DNA from: Anthoceros angustus
Taxonomy: Eukaryota; Plantae; Anthocerotophyta
Assembly: GCA_010909165.1 (NCBI GenBank)
Contig: MU008232.1
Span: forward strand, 31,746-95,745
DNA: 64,000 bases
Direction of reading: 5' to 3'
The notes under the pieces were generated by a model that saw nothing but the letters and a program-made list of their open reading frames with translations, had not been told where the DNA came from and made no database searches. Of the stretch, positions 50,887 to 63,026 are shown in pieces (positions within the stretch are counted from its first letter, which is position 1; each line of letters opens with the position of its first letter). A program made the translations under genes and the position numbers.

Positions 50887-53305
50887 ATGGATGCAGCGGT
50901 TAAAACTGTGAGATCAGGCTGGGCTGCTGCTGCTTCTCCCGCGGCCTCCACTTCGCATCATCACAGGCTACAGGAGCTGCCAACGCCGGCGCCTTCGCTA
51001 AGCAAGGAGATTCCGCACTTTCTGACCCCGGCCCCGGGCCAGCTATCCACGTCTTCCAGACATAGGACCTGGGTTGGAGATGGACGACTGCAGCAGGACT
51101 GCACCTCCCCGCAGGTTTGTGCCTGCACTTGCTCTTCAGCTGATTACAGGCTCGGGAACTGGTTAGAACACGATCTCGGCGCCAGCTTCTCGCCATTTTC
51201 TCGACACCGGCACCACACATGTTCTCCATGCCTTCCAGGCAGATGCAGGCCCAGATCTCTTCTCTCCAATTCAGCCTCCACTGATGGCTACGTCTCACAC
51301 AACCGGACGCAACAAGAGCTCAAGACACCAGCCAACCGCGTTGCCCCAGCTCGTGAGGTGGTCAAGGATGCGCCTCCTCCTCCTCGGGCTTACACTGGCA
51401 AGGTCAATGGGACCAGCAACAGCAAGGCTGATCAGCAGCTGCACAATGGAGGTCCTGGACTGCACGCCGGTGCCGGAAGCTACGCAGGCATCATTCCTCC
51501 TCCTCGCCACAAGCGCAGAAGCCTCTCACCAATTTTCTTGCCACTCTAGCCACTGTCATACTGGCCGTGGAAAAGCAGAGACGGGCAGATGAGGCAGCCC
51601 GGAGGACACAGGTCTCTATCGATTCCTTGCGAAGGGTCGTCTGGTGGATAACGACCTTGTCTATCGACAGCAGTTTGTCATACGATCTTACGAGGTCTCC
51701 TATGACAGAACTGCTTCTATCGAGACCCTGACCAACCTGTTTCAGGTGTGATATCATGCCTGTACCTGTAGAAGCTGTACTAAGATGTTGGCCTTTCTAC
51801 ACTCATTCATGACATGTAAGTGTCACGTTTATCAACATGTATGTCAAATCTCATGCTCCTGCTAAGTGGAGTGGTTGTGAAATGTATGAAATCGCCCTTC
51901 TCTGCAGGAAACAGCCTTGAATCATGTAGGAATGTCGGACTTTGTTGGGGATGGAATGGGCACAACTCATGCCATGATGCGCCACAGGTTGATATGGGTC
52001 GTTACCAGGATGCACATCGAGGTTGATCGCTATCCTGTATGGTAAGTGTTCTGCCAAGCCAAATGTTTCAGCCTTCTTTTTATCTTTGGAATTGTGGCGT
52101 GTGGAATTTTATCTTTAAGTTGAAGCTTTGGAGTTGACGGTGGGCTCTCCAACTTATGCAGGGGGATGTCGTTGAGATTGATTCATGGGTTTGTGGAGCT
52201 GGCAAGAATGGTATGCGTCGTGATTTTCTTGTCAGCGATTACGCAACCGGCAACATTCTAGCTCGCGCAACCAGGTACTTGAGCTGTTCCCGCTCTGTCT
52301 TATCTTGTGCACGAGCTCCAGCAACAGGCGAGGTTTTCGTTCTCGTGCTATCACGTGCCTACCACGTCCCTGAAAATCTGAGAGAGTACCTGAGATTTTG
52401 ATGTGGCTGAGCCAGTGAACACAGTACCTGGGTCATGATGAATCAAGACACGAGAAGACTATCAAAGATGCCAGACGATGTTAGGGCTGAGATTTCCCCT
52501 ACTTCCTGGATCGATCAGTGCTGGAAGATAAGCCAACACAGAAAATTCCCAAGCTGGACGACTCTGCACCATACATACGCTCTGATCTTGTGGTGAGCTT
52601 GTTTCGAAACACTTCAAATTTCCGCTCCTTGGCTTGGATGATACAACAGTGAGGTTTTCCCTCACTCGATGGCCGTTCTACTTGTATGCAGCCACGTCTA
52701 AATGACATGGATATGAATCAGCATGTGAACAACGTCAAGTACATCGGATGGGTTCTTGAGGTGATGGCCCTTTGTCTAGAGACCAGTGAGTGGTTGTGGA
52801 TTGTATACATTGTTGTGTGTTTTGTGGCTGACTGGCACACTGAATCGTTGGTGCAGAGTGTCCTGCAATCTCTCCTGGTGGCATGAGTTGACCAGCATGA
52901 TTCTGGAATACAGGCGAGAATGCAGCCACTCAGATGTTGTTCAGTCCATGACATGCCCTGAACCAGAGCCATCTTCCACATCGCAGCGTCCTGGCACTTC
53001 TGGAACAAATGGGGCTTTAAATGGTTCGGCAAATGGGGCTTTGAACGGTTCGGCAAATGGGGCTTTGACTGGTTCGGCAAATGGGTCTTTGAATGGTTCG
53101 GCAAACGGGTCTGCAAATGGTTCTGTGAACGGTTGTGCCAAGGGTTCAACCAATGGTTCAGTAAATGGCCACAAGTCCAGCTTGTCAACCATCCAGAAGC
53201 TCGGGCCATGTGCAGTATACTCACCTTCTACGCATGCAGTCTGATCTTTCAGAAATTGTGCGAGGAAGAACAGTCTGGAGACTCAAGGGACGCTACATTC
53301 AGTAG
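50887..53305 (+). CDS. FATB: Acyl-ACP thioesterase, FatB-type (multi-exon; start approximate)
   Basis: NFLATLATVILAVEKQ, VYRQQFVIRSYE, ASIETLTNLFQ|ETALNHV, IWVVTRMHIEVDRYPVW|GDVVEIDSW, GKNGMRRD, WVMMN..TRRLSKMP, DMNQHVNNVKYIGWVLE, LEYRREC, EIVRGRTVW. Confidence 0.94.
53008..53170 (+). repeat. Coding 24-bp tandem repeat (NGALNGSA / NGSANG) within the thioesterase
   Basis: AATGGGGCTTTRAAYGGTTCGGCA-like units, about 6-7 copies. Confidence 0.92.
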
Positions 53306-53621
53306 CAAGCGCATGACTAGTCTTCCAGATAAAAGCTGCTCTGTCCTCAGCAACAGGCTGCTCTTCCCATCAGCTGTCAGTATTTTTCCTGACTCTCTTG
53401 ACAGTGTAAGGGTACGGCGCTCAACTCTCCTTGAACCCCCGATTTAATGGTCAACTTATAACAAGTGCTCTTGCTCCGAATCAGTGGTACCTGCTACCAC
53501 ACTTTAGCAGTTATTGCTGCTGCTCTTTACACAACTCAGACCCGCATACGTCGGGTAATAAACTTGACAGCCTTCCTCGCTTGCCGGAATTTGTGTCAAT
53601 TTGTCAAGGTGACTCTGCTCC

Positions 53622-54797
53622 ATGGATTCTGCCTCTGCCTGAGTCAGGCGAGAGATACCAGATCAACACCCGCCATCAACGAACTTTGTTCAGACGTACA
53701 GGATATATGTATCTAGGTTCAACATACCAAACTGGAAAGTGCATTGTTGCCAACGACAGCGTCGTCAGCATACAATACCTATGGTGATCTCAATCTCGTT
53801 CGGAAAGAGTTACTGATCGTTCTTTTTCCATGGATGCGGAAGAAAAGCTTCCCGCAATTCCTGAGCAACGGACAGTCTTTCTGGTAACATGCTTTCTTTC
53901 GTTGTGCCGCTGCGAGATCTGTTGTTCTTTCCACAGGCAATTCAAGACTTAATGCTCGGGGTTGGTGTTTTAGGTGAACACATACGTTGTGCATACCGTG
54001 CAGCTTTTGAATGTTCTCAGCAATCTGCGAGCAGAAGCTTGCCAGTTCATAGGTATGTCGTAGGCTACTCATCCAAGGTTGCCCTGGTACCATGGCTTTA
54101 ATGAGGCGTGGTTGCGGCTGCTTGATCTGCTGCAGAAGGGTTCAGAGGCTGGATGCCACCGTCACACTTTTAGAGGCCAAGCTGAGAAGTGCTGAGGACG
54201 CTGATGGACCAGGCCAGGCATCTGCCCTTGACGTTACCACGCTGGCTGGTATCGGTCATGGACCGGAGCAGCCTCTGGAGTCAGCTGAGGATGCTAGTCT
54301 CCATCTTAGGTAGTTTCGACACATGCCACTGCTGCAGCTGCGGCCTCAGGAAGCAGTGCTTTTAATATTTCCCTTCTTTGTATGGCAGTGTGAAAGGCAG
54401 TCAGCAAGACGTAGTGGCCAGTCCATCGGCGTCATCGAGTGCATCAGAGCGGCATTCCCGTCCTAAGGTTAACCTGACCGACCTCACGCGGGCAGCTGAT
54501 GGGGTTTTAGGGTTGCTTATTTCGTTTGTTGCTGGTGTGCTGGTGGACAGATGAAGGACGACCCATCCTACTCACGATTTTTCAGAATGCTGCAAGTTGG
54601 GGTTCCTGAAAGGGTCAGTATGTGGACTGTGCGCAGCCTCACTTGCTTACAGGTGGAATACGAGGTTTCGTGGTTTGTTCAAGAGCTCTGATAGTTGCGT
54701 GCTTGCCGTTGTAGGCTGTGAAGTTGCAGATGTCAGCAGAGGGCTTCGAACCGTCGCTATTAGACGCCCCGATGCCCTCTCACCAGGTGCTGTCTAG
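53622..54797 (+). CDS. WASHC3: WASH complex subunit 3 (CCDC53) homologue, multi-exon; start uncertain
   Basis: ICEQKLA..|RVQRLDATVTLLEAKLRS and C-terminal MKDDPSYSRFFRMLQVGVPE|AVKLQMSAEGFEPSLLD. Confidence 0.8.
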
Positions 54798-56788
54798 AAG
54801 GTTGTAATGAGAAGCTACGTAGCCGGTGGGGAAACGCGTCAAATTACTATCACACGGACCTGCTCTCCGTTGTATCAGTAAAATGGAGCCCTAGGGTTGG
54901 ACGGAAGAGGATCTCGAAATTGTGAGAGTTCGAGGCGAAAGTATCATTTGGAGAAGGAAGAAATGAAGGTCTGCTACACATATATCAATTCAACTAGCTT
55001 GTCTCCATCTCTGCCAGCTCCTCTCTCACTTCCAATTGCAGTGCCGTACACGTCACTTCATGTACTTTGTTTTGTGCGAGTTGTGTGTCCGGCCCATCAG
55101 CCATGGCACTGTACACGTCTACGTCTACGTTTACAGCCGGCATTATGATAACAACGAACGATGATGAGGAAGGACATTGACCCGTATCCCGTATACCGGC
55201 ATCTAACAACCACGGGTGTTGGACGTTGGAGCTGTGATTGTCCAGACTGTTTTTATCAATCCACTACTTGGAGACAGATCCATCTACTGATTCAGGTTAG
55301 TTAGGTGCAACTAGATTGTACTCCACATATGGCAGGTCGCAAGATTGAGCCCTCAGCCTTGTGCTCAGATTGGTAGATGCCCCCGTGAACAGGTATGCGG
55401 CAGCTGCGAGTCAGGTTGAATTCCTTGCTCGTGCGTGGAATAGGCCCAAGTTTTTGAGATATCGTGAATTCAAAATGTTCATCGCAAATTGAAATGATCA
55501 ACTGTTCAATACCTCTCGGACACTCCAATACCGATTCGAAAACGATCTTCTGTGAGGTCTTTTTATCTCAGCCCTCATTCGCTCCTTTTGTTATTCGATA
55601 GTTATAGGTTTGTAACCAACCCTTCCTTAGTCGGAACCACATATGCAAGTTTGCGTGTGGTTCGTCTATTCCTCAAAAAAAATGGTTCGTCTATTCTGCG
55701 AAAAATGTTTATCACGAATTGAACTCGATCAATTCATCTCGTACATCCTGATACCGGGATTTGAATCCCCTTTTACAATACAATCTTCAAATGCTGTATA
55801 GCACACACAGGTGAATGGTCAGTGCACACTTCTTTTGTTTGACAAGCAAACACGAGAAATTTTGAAGGGGGGAATATCCTCGATGGGGGTTTTTTGTGAA
55901 TAAACCAAGGGGTTGGTAATGGGTCTAAAAGCAGCGGTTTTAGATTGTGTGGAAACTAGAGGGAAAAAGGGTTTGGCCCATAGATCATACCACTCCTTTC
56001 ATGACATCTCGGAAGGGTCTCCCTATTCCTGCACCGCTTTGTTTCGCCAAAACAAGACCCACAATGCACCACGTCACAGTCGAGCAATCTCATTTCATCA
56101 TCATCCGCAAATCCAACGCCACTATGGAAGGTATTGCAATCGCGGATGTTCAATCCATCATACATATTCGTGGGGAACAAAATTTCATGTTTATCGTCAG
56201 TGTTTAATTTGTGATCCTTCACACTTTACCGACAGGATGAAAACAAGGAGGGGGCGCTGGTGACGGCGCCTTGCGCCTGACAAGGGTACATTCAACATGT
56301 TTGCTATCCGCTGGCCACCACTTCTCGGAGAATGACATAGAACAAGTCCTCATAGGTGGGGAGTCATGTTGCATGTCGTGGTGTTTGAGACAAATTGTGT
56401 AACCGCATATCTCACGCAACATAATCACGGACATAGTCCATCAATATTCAAAAAACAGTGGTACGTGTAACTCAATAAAATTTTCTTCAATTTGAACTCT
56501 AGTTGCCGTGACAAGACAAGAGAGGGGCGCTGGCCAGGGCACCCTAGAGCCATCGAACTCGGGGTTTGGTTCTAGAGGATGGGCACAAGGACAAATGAAG
56601 TGGGGACACAAAAGAAGTCTCGACTGGGTCGGTCTATCCACCTTACAAGCTAAAATGAAGGCGGTTGGGCAGGCACCCATGACCGGGAAACCTTAACTCA
56701 GATACCCTCAACCGGCTGCTCCATACTACCCCTAACGACAATGGTCAGGGGCTGGTCTTCTTCTGGACTCACATGAGTCCTCCGTAGT

Positions 56789-59190
56789 TCACGCCGTCAT
56801 CACTTCTGGCTCAACATTATCATATCGCTTATCTTTTGCGATACTTTGACCGGGTTGGTCAGTATGAATCCTCGTGAACTCGCTCAATTTGTCCCCATCA
56901 CCTTTTGTACAAAAGGTCTTTGAATGCACGGCACACCACCAACTTGTCTTGAGACATGTACACCGCTTTTTCACCACAGTGTCATGTGCAATCACGGATC
57001 GTCCATTGTTAAAAGTCCCTATAATATTGGGCCATAGCCGCTTCGAGCCGCCTTCCTTCACGCACCAAGCCACCGCTATGTACTCCACCGCCTCAAATCC
57101 AATCATTACTCATGTTTGTTTTGTCCCAAACGAAGGACACCATTCCACCCTTGCACATAATCCACGCATGCACTCTCTCACAAGGTGAGCTTCTTCCACT
57201 GCATGCATGACATGAGCCTCGAATTCTTCCGCCGCTCTTGGAAGCTTTGGAAAATCAGCTCATGCCCTCATCCAACCTATCCATGGACCAATGTCAAAGC
57301 CTCTTGGGACATCCATAACCGAAGGGTATAAGCCCGTGTCAAGGAACGCATCTCCATAATGTTTCTTTTTCCACTTGATAGTAACATTCTTTCTCGCACT
57401 CGGAACAATGTGAAATGCCCTTCTCTCAAATCTGTCATTGCACGCCGCTCATCCTCAAGACTCTTCCAGCTTGTTAATCTCAAATATAAAGTTCTTGAAA
57501 TCCTCGCAACTTTTGCAAATTCTCCACATCCTTTATGCCTGTCAAGAAAAACGTTAGAGCAGGGACACCATTCCTATTGTATTCCACAACAAGGAGACGT
57601 TGCGAGGAGGGTGAAGGTCAGACCGCACGGCCCACGCCGCCATCGTGGTTCAGCCATGCCCCAACACGAGGGGCGGCCCGCCGGCCACTGGTGGTAGAGC
57701 AGGTCGGCCTACAGCGCCGGCCACCGCGCCCGTGACATGTGCAGCCGCATCCAAACAATCGAGTGGGAGGCCACGCACGGCCCCCACTATTCCCTTCTTT
57801 AGACGTGAGCCGCCACCGCCCTAAGCAAAAACTAAAGTAAACATTGTTAGGGTTTGGATCTCACCTTCCCAAAGAAAAAGCCGCTTTGAAACCGAGCAAT
57901 CATGTCGTCTGCTGAGTGTAGAGGATATTCCTTCCTCACTTCCTCGAAGATGAGCATCCAAATGTTTAGCCATGGCCACTTGATAATATGCGCTTTCTTG
58001 AAGTAATTTCGCCTCCATTCCTTTGAGATCGAGGATGCTCGCCAATACCTTCCTTGTTGTGAACAAGAATCGTTGTCCACATTCATCGTATACCCCGGAA
58101 TGATTTCGTGGTTTCATGAGCATGTCTTTCGCTTGAAATACACTGCTTCATGCTTGGGATCATATGACTTTCCTTTTCCTTCCCTTTTTCTTGGTGCCGC
58201 AGTATGTGCTTCTTCCGCCTGTGTAACGCCCGCTTCCACTTTGAAAAGATCTTATCAATATTATCCCATACCTTGCCCTCCGCTTAGAGATGCACAATAT
58301 GTGTCCTTATCCACTTTGTTCTCGCTTTGTAGACGTAATCTTCGTGACCTTCATCATCTTCAATTAATCCAAGAACCTTATAGAGATTGAACTTCCAGGA
58401 CATGGTCATCTGCACTCCATCATGGCCAAGAAGCTCATCCAGTAAATATCTAACTTTGTTAATAAAGACATTTTCTTCGCTTATCGGCATGTGTTATAGT
58501 GATCATAAGAACTCTCATCTCAGCAGGTGTTATGCGCTTCTACATAGCAGGACTTCCAGGGGCAATATATTGATGCTTCATAGCAGCATATGTGTGGTTC
58601 CCCCCAAGGACACCCATAATATATTTTTTGGCCCTGAATTTCTTCCAGTCCAACTTGCTAATATCGTCGCACTCCCCGGGGTCAATCATGCACAGTAAAG
58701 GCAGAATGCCTTCCTCAATCCTTCCCTTCAAAATAACTCGAGCTAAGTAGTTTGCCCATGCCTCGTCTACCCTCCTGATTTGGGCATCTGGTGTAATATA
58801 AGATGCGGGCTTCAAATTCTCAAGCTTTACCAATACTGTCTCCGGAACAACTTTCTTTGAATATGCAGAGTCCCTGATTCTTGTCAATGGAATTACGATT
58901 CGGTCCCGAATGGCATCTTCAAGTCTTTCCTCATCACTGTCGCATGGGCATTCTATATTATCTGATGGGCTTCACTCCCTGTATCCTTCTTGGACTTTTT
59001 CTTTCTTTTTCCCCCAGCTGCAGCCTCGCTCTGTGATCGATTACTATGACCTGTTGCATCGTTCCCACCATGCCTTCCTTTCCACTCGAGTCTCGCTGTC
59101 TCTGACCTCGGATCGCGAGATCTTGGGGCCTTCAATGGGACCTCGCCTCGCCCACTGCCATCACGTCTCAGGCGCATGGCATGGGCGTCA
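56789..59190 (-). pseudogene. ParB/Srx-like domain followed by a beta-class N4/N6 DNA-methyltransferase-like domain (copy A, frameshifted)
   Basis: QIRRVDEAWANYL...PLLCMID...GVLGGNHTYAAMK (58540-58887), a helical linker, then VMDVPRGF (~57310), MVSFVWDKTN (~57125), EAVEYIAVAW, PNII, KTFCTKGD (~56905). Confidence 0.55.
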
Positions 59191-60122
59191 TGCGCGCCTC
59201 TAAACCCTTCGCTGTGCCTTAGGAACCCGACAGATTGGGATGCGGGTGTTGCAGTCTCAACACCGATGCGCCCGCGAGGCCATAGTTGGAACCTCCATTG
59301 AGGGCAGGGAAATGGTATGTCTAACGGAGCATCCCTACCCTCCTCTCGGCTCTTGAAAGTCCTCATCATTAGAGTGGCTGCACGTCGTATCGCCCATCCT
59401 CCTCATCAGATGGGCCGAGTTTTACTATCACGCAGCTGGTCTGGAGCCCATCTTGGACACTGTCAAATGCAGGCTCGGACTGCGTTGGGACATTTCCCTC
59501 CTATCTTGGATAACCAGTTAGTAATCTTCCGCATATGGTGCCCTTGTGAGCATCCCACCAAAACATACAAAGGGTGGAGGAAGGCAAGAAAGAATCCATA
59601 TGTTTTAGAAACCAACATACCACGATCTGCATCAAGGGACTTGAAAACCTTGTTAACAATTCATACTTACGATTAACACCATAATATTCATAATGAATAA
59701 TGTAAGCTTATGAAAAAATTGCCGCCGCTTGGTACTTTTCATGCTTATTAATTCACACAAACACCGCTCTTGAAAGCACCTCGCTACCAAGCAATCATTC
59801 GGGATTTTTCAATTTTGTCTCCAAGTTGTTTGAAATGAGGGTGCTAAGGTGCGTGGATGTCAAAATGGCAATGCTCATTAAGTAGAGTACGTCTGCTCAG
59901 ATATTCAAAATAGGCCTCATGGCCGATAACAATAACTTAGTACCGAAGATCCGGATGACAAAGAACTCCAAAGACAAATACGCCTTAATACAAAGGTACA
60001 AGAAAAAATGTTTTGGCCACCTAAGGAAGTTCGGGATCCAAGATTCAATCGACACAAACCGGCCACACTATCGGAACTAAGGTCACGCTTCTAAGACGTT
60101 CTTGTCCGCCTCTCCGAAAGTG

Positions 60123-61060
60123 TCAACATCCATCATCAAGGCCATCATCTTCCTTCCCAACTTCCAGGTTGAGTACCATATAGCCCAAAGGTCGCTCCTC
60201 ATCGAGAGGTCTCCACCTTTCTTTCATTCTCTTCGACCCTTGGGCACAATTTGAGCCTTCCCAATATCCTTCGCCACGCAAACCTCCTTGGCCTGTAATT
60301 GAGATGGACCTCGACGATGCGGCTCGTGTGTCGCCTCCTCCGCATCCCGCAAGATTATATCCATGTACATGCTTTGTGGAATGAATTTCGACATGCATCC
60401 AATATCCATTCCCTTCCTTGGAGAATGTCTTGATAAGCTTCATCATCAAACCTAAAGGCCATAGGGTAGGCGGACAACAAGTTTGTCAAGTGAATGGTAT
60501 ACCGACTTTTCTAGCGATATGGTGGGCAATCATCGACCGACCATCATTGAAAGTGCCTGCAAAGCATTAGGTAACATGACAGCCAGCTGCAACTCGAGCT
60601 TTTCTTGAGACCCCAACGACAATGACATACTCCAAGTATCGAACCCACCCTTGTCGTTGTTGACATTTGTCTTGTCCACACAAATGAAACAAGTCCACGC
60701 CACCACTTCGCATAGGCTCCACACAATATGTGAATCTTCACACCATGCATTATGATCATCACGAAATCCTCGCATTCGATTAAGTATTGGAAGGAATGCA
60801 AAACACTTATGCATCAAACCTTCCATCCTTAGGGCCCTTATCGAATCCATGGGACATCCATCACAAGCAAAAGTACCTCCTCTTCCTCACAAAACCTCGC
60901 ATATCCTGGACATCTCGAGCATGAATCGTCTGCACTTTTTCTCCGGCGTGGATGGTGCAAATCCTCTTCTATGTCCCTATCTGCTCCGTTGCTCATCCTT
61001 CAAGCCCTTCCATGTGTTGACCTCATAAAAGCTGAAAGTTTTCGGTACTTAGTGAGGGGC
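60123..61060 (-). pseudogene. Second MTase-like domain (copy B), paralogous to the C-terminal half of copy A
   Basis: WKGLKDEQR (cf. WKSLEDERR), LLVMDVP.GF (~60855), LVSFVW/DKTNVNND, PTLWPLGLMMKLIKTFSKEG/EWILDAC (motif X-I-like). Confidence 0.55.
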
Positions 61061-61603
61061 GCAATGTCTTTTGTTGCTGCACAAAAAGCAGGTTGTTTGG
61101 ATATTAATGGGAGAGGGACTTGCGGCATGCCCTCCCAATAGGGCCTCGGGTTCGATCCGGGTAAGGCGGCCGGCATGCCCGGCGCCCCAAGCGGGAATAT
61201 GGAAAATCGGGCGTGGGGAAGGAGGAAAGAACGACATAATATTTTAAGCGGTGAATATACATCAAGCGACTTTTGCGTGAATATCTGAAGCAGGGTTTCG
61301 ATGGGCATTGAAATGCGTGTTTGAAGACCCTAAACACGCCGTAAGTGACACACCTAGGCGCGGCATGCGGCCAAGTCATCTTAAGCGTTACGTGCCTTGG
61401 GCGCATCGGCATCCAAGATTCATGGCCTTTGGCAATGAATGCTGGACGTCGGACAAACACCCTCCCTGGCGAAACTACTAGCGTAATGGCTTCTTTGGTG
61501 CTCAACATCTGTTAGACACCCTAGGCTAGTGGCTAAGAAACCACGAGCGTGATGGCTTCTCGGATGGCTATTAAAACAAGGAGCATGGGGGGCATAAGGG
61601 CAT

Positions 61604-61631
61604 GAAGAAGAAGAAGAAGAAGAAGAAGAAG
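61604..61631 (+). repeat. (GAA)n microsatellite
   Basis: gaagaagaa... run. Confidence 0.95.
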
Positions 61632-61737
61632 AGGGATGGTGCATGCCGGCCCTTACTTCAACATATAGTTTGTGCTTCCAATTGTTGTGTGCAAGAAAGT
61701 TAATGAAGTGGCAACACCGAAAGTTATGAACAAGAGG

Positions 61738-61935
61738 TCTTGGGTTCAAGTCTTTTAAGGCGCCATGCACGCCTTTAAAGGTAAACTTTCCTTGGGTTCA
61801 AGTTCTTTTAAGATGCCGCGCGCCCTTTAAAGGTAAACTTTCCTTGGGTTCAAGTCTTCTTTTAAGGCGCATGCCGCCTTTAAAGGTAAACTTTCCCTAT
61901 TGTGTAGGCTTTAAAGGTAAGCTTTTCCTATTGTG
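61738..61935 (+). repeat. ~52-bp tandem repeat, 3-4 units
   Basis: CTTGGGTTCAAGT(C/T)...TTTTAAG...CCTTTAAAGGTAAACTTTC repeated. Confidence 0.9.
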
Positions 61936-63026
61936 CCGTAATAGATAATGTGGATTGAAATGAAAGAAAAGTGATAGATGATTGGTTTGGTTTAAAATTC
62001 CCTTATCTGCTTTTCCCTTTGATAGCACTAATCCATGAAGAAGGTGGGACTCGACAAGTACAAAACACACACCACACGCATGCAAAAGAATTGCATTCCA
62101 TGATTTCGAGAAGATGGAAACAGGGACTCTCACCGCATGTTGAATTTCCATTGTCATCTCCAATACTTATTACACCCTTAAAACCGTTTTCCAAAACCAT
62201 ATACCCTTTATGTAATGAATGAATAGCAAAGGCCTATCCGTTCTTCCTCGCCACCAACAGAGTGTCATGTATGGGCATCATTTCAAGGTAAATGTGTGCC
62301 TACCGAGGTCAGATATCCCTTTCACCCCAACTCATGGCATGTTCCCGCCTTCCTACACAAAGAACTGTACTTTTAAAACATTTTTGTGGAACCGCAGAAT
62401 AGGTTTCGCCATGTTCCGCCACCTTACCAGATATTCATTGGAAAGCCGCCTCGCTTATTCCGGTATGAATATTATGGTGTTAGTTGGCGATAGCATTTAA
62501 AAGCCTCCACCAGTTTGAGGACTACATTTTTGCTTTGGAAGCCATGTAGGCTAACCTCATATAAGCCTTGTACATGGTTTCGCCTTCAATTATCCGATCA
62601 AACACCAAAGGCTTTACAGTGCAGCATTTGAAACACATCCATATCCATACGCCTACATAACAACTTAGTAATCGAAGATCCGGATGACAAAGAACTCCAG
62701 AAGATGGCCCACCACATACAAAGTACGCAACACGAAATGTTTAGGGGGCATCCCGAGACGATGTGAATCGCGGCGAAGAGGATATGGTGGAGGATGACAG
62801 CGCATGGTAAAGTCACGTGCTGGGAGACATCGCCAAAGGTGCTTCATCTGCTGAGAGCAACTTCGGCCGAACCGGCCGCCAACGTTCCGTCTGTGCTCGC
62901 TCAACGTCACAGGTCTTTCTCCGGGTTACCTCCACTTGAACCCGAGAGTAGAACGCCCATCTCGGTGACATCATATGCATGTGCCGTAACCCTAACCATA
63001 ATTGTCCATTAAAAGCAATGGTTACA

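Noticed and set aside
41524-54797. PPO + thioesterase as a biosynthetic gene cluster
   Set aside because: Neighbours (TSR3, WASHC3, PPR) are unrelated housekeeping genes; nothing beyond adjacency supports it
55913-56434. Cys/His-rich minus-strand ORF pieces as a KDZ/CxC transposase
   Set aside because: Spacing does not match a motif I can name, and no catalytic core is seen
61950-62300. Possible Ulp1-like protease remnant (W....DS...QQ)
   Set aside because: Catalytic His and Cys are not identifiable in frame
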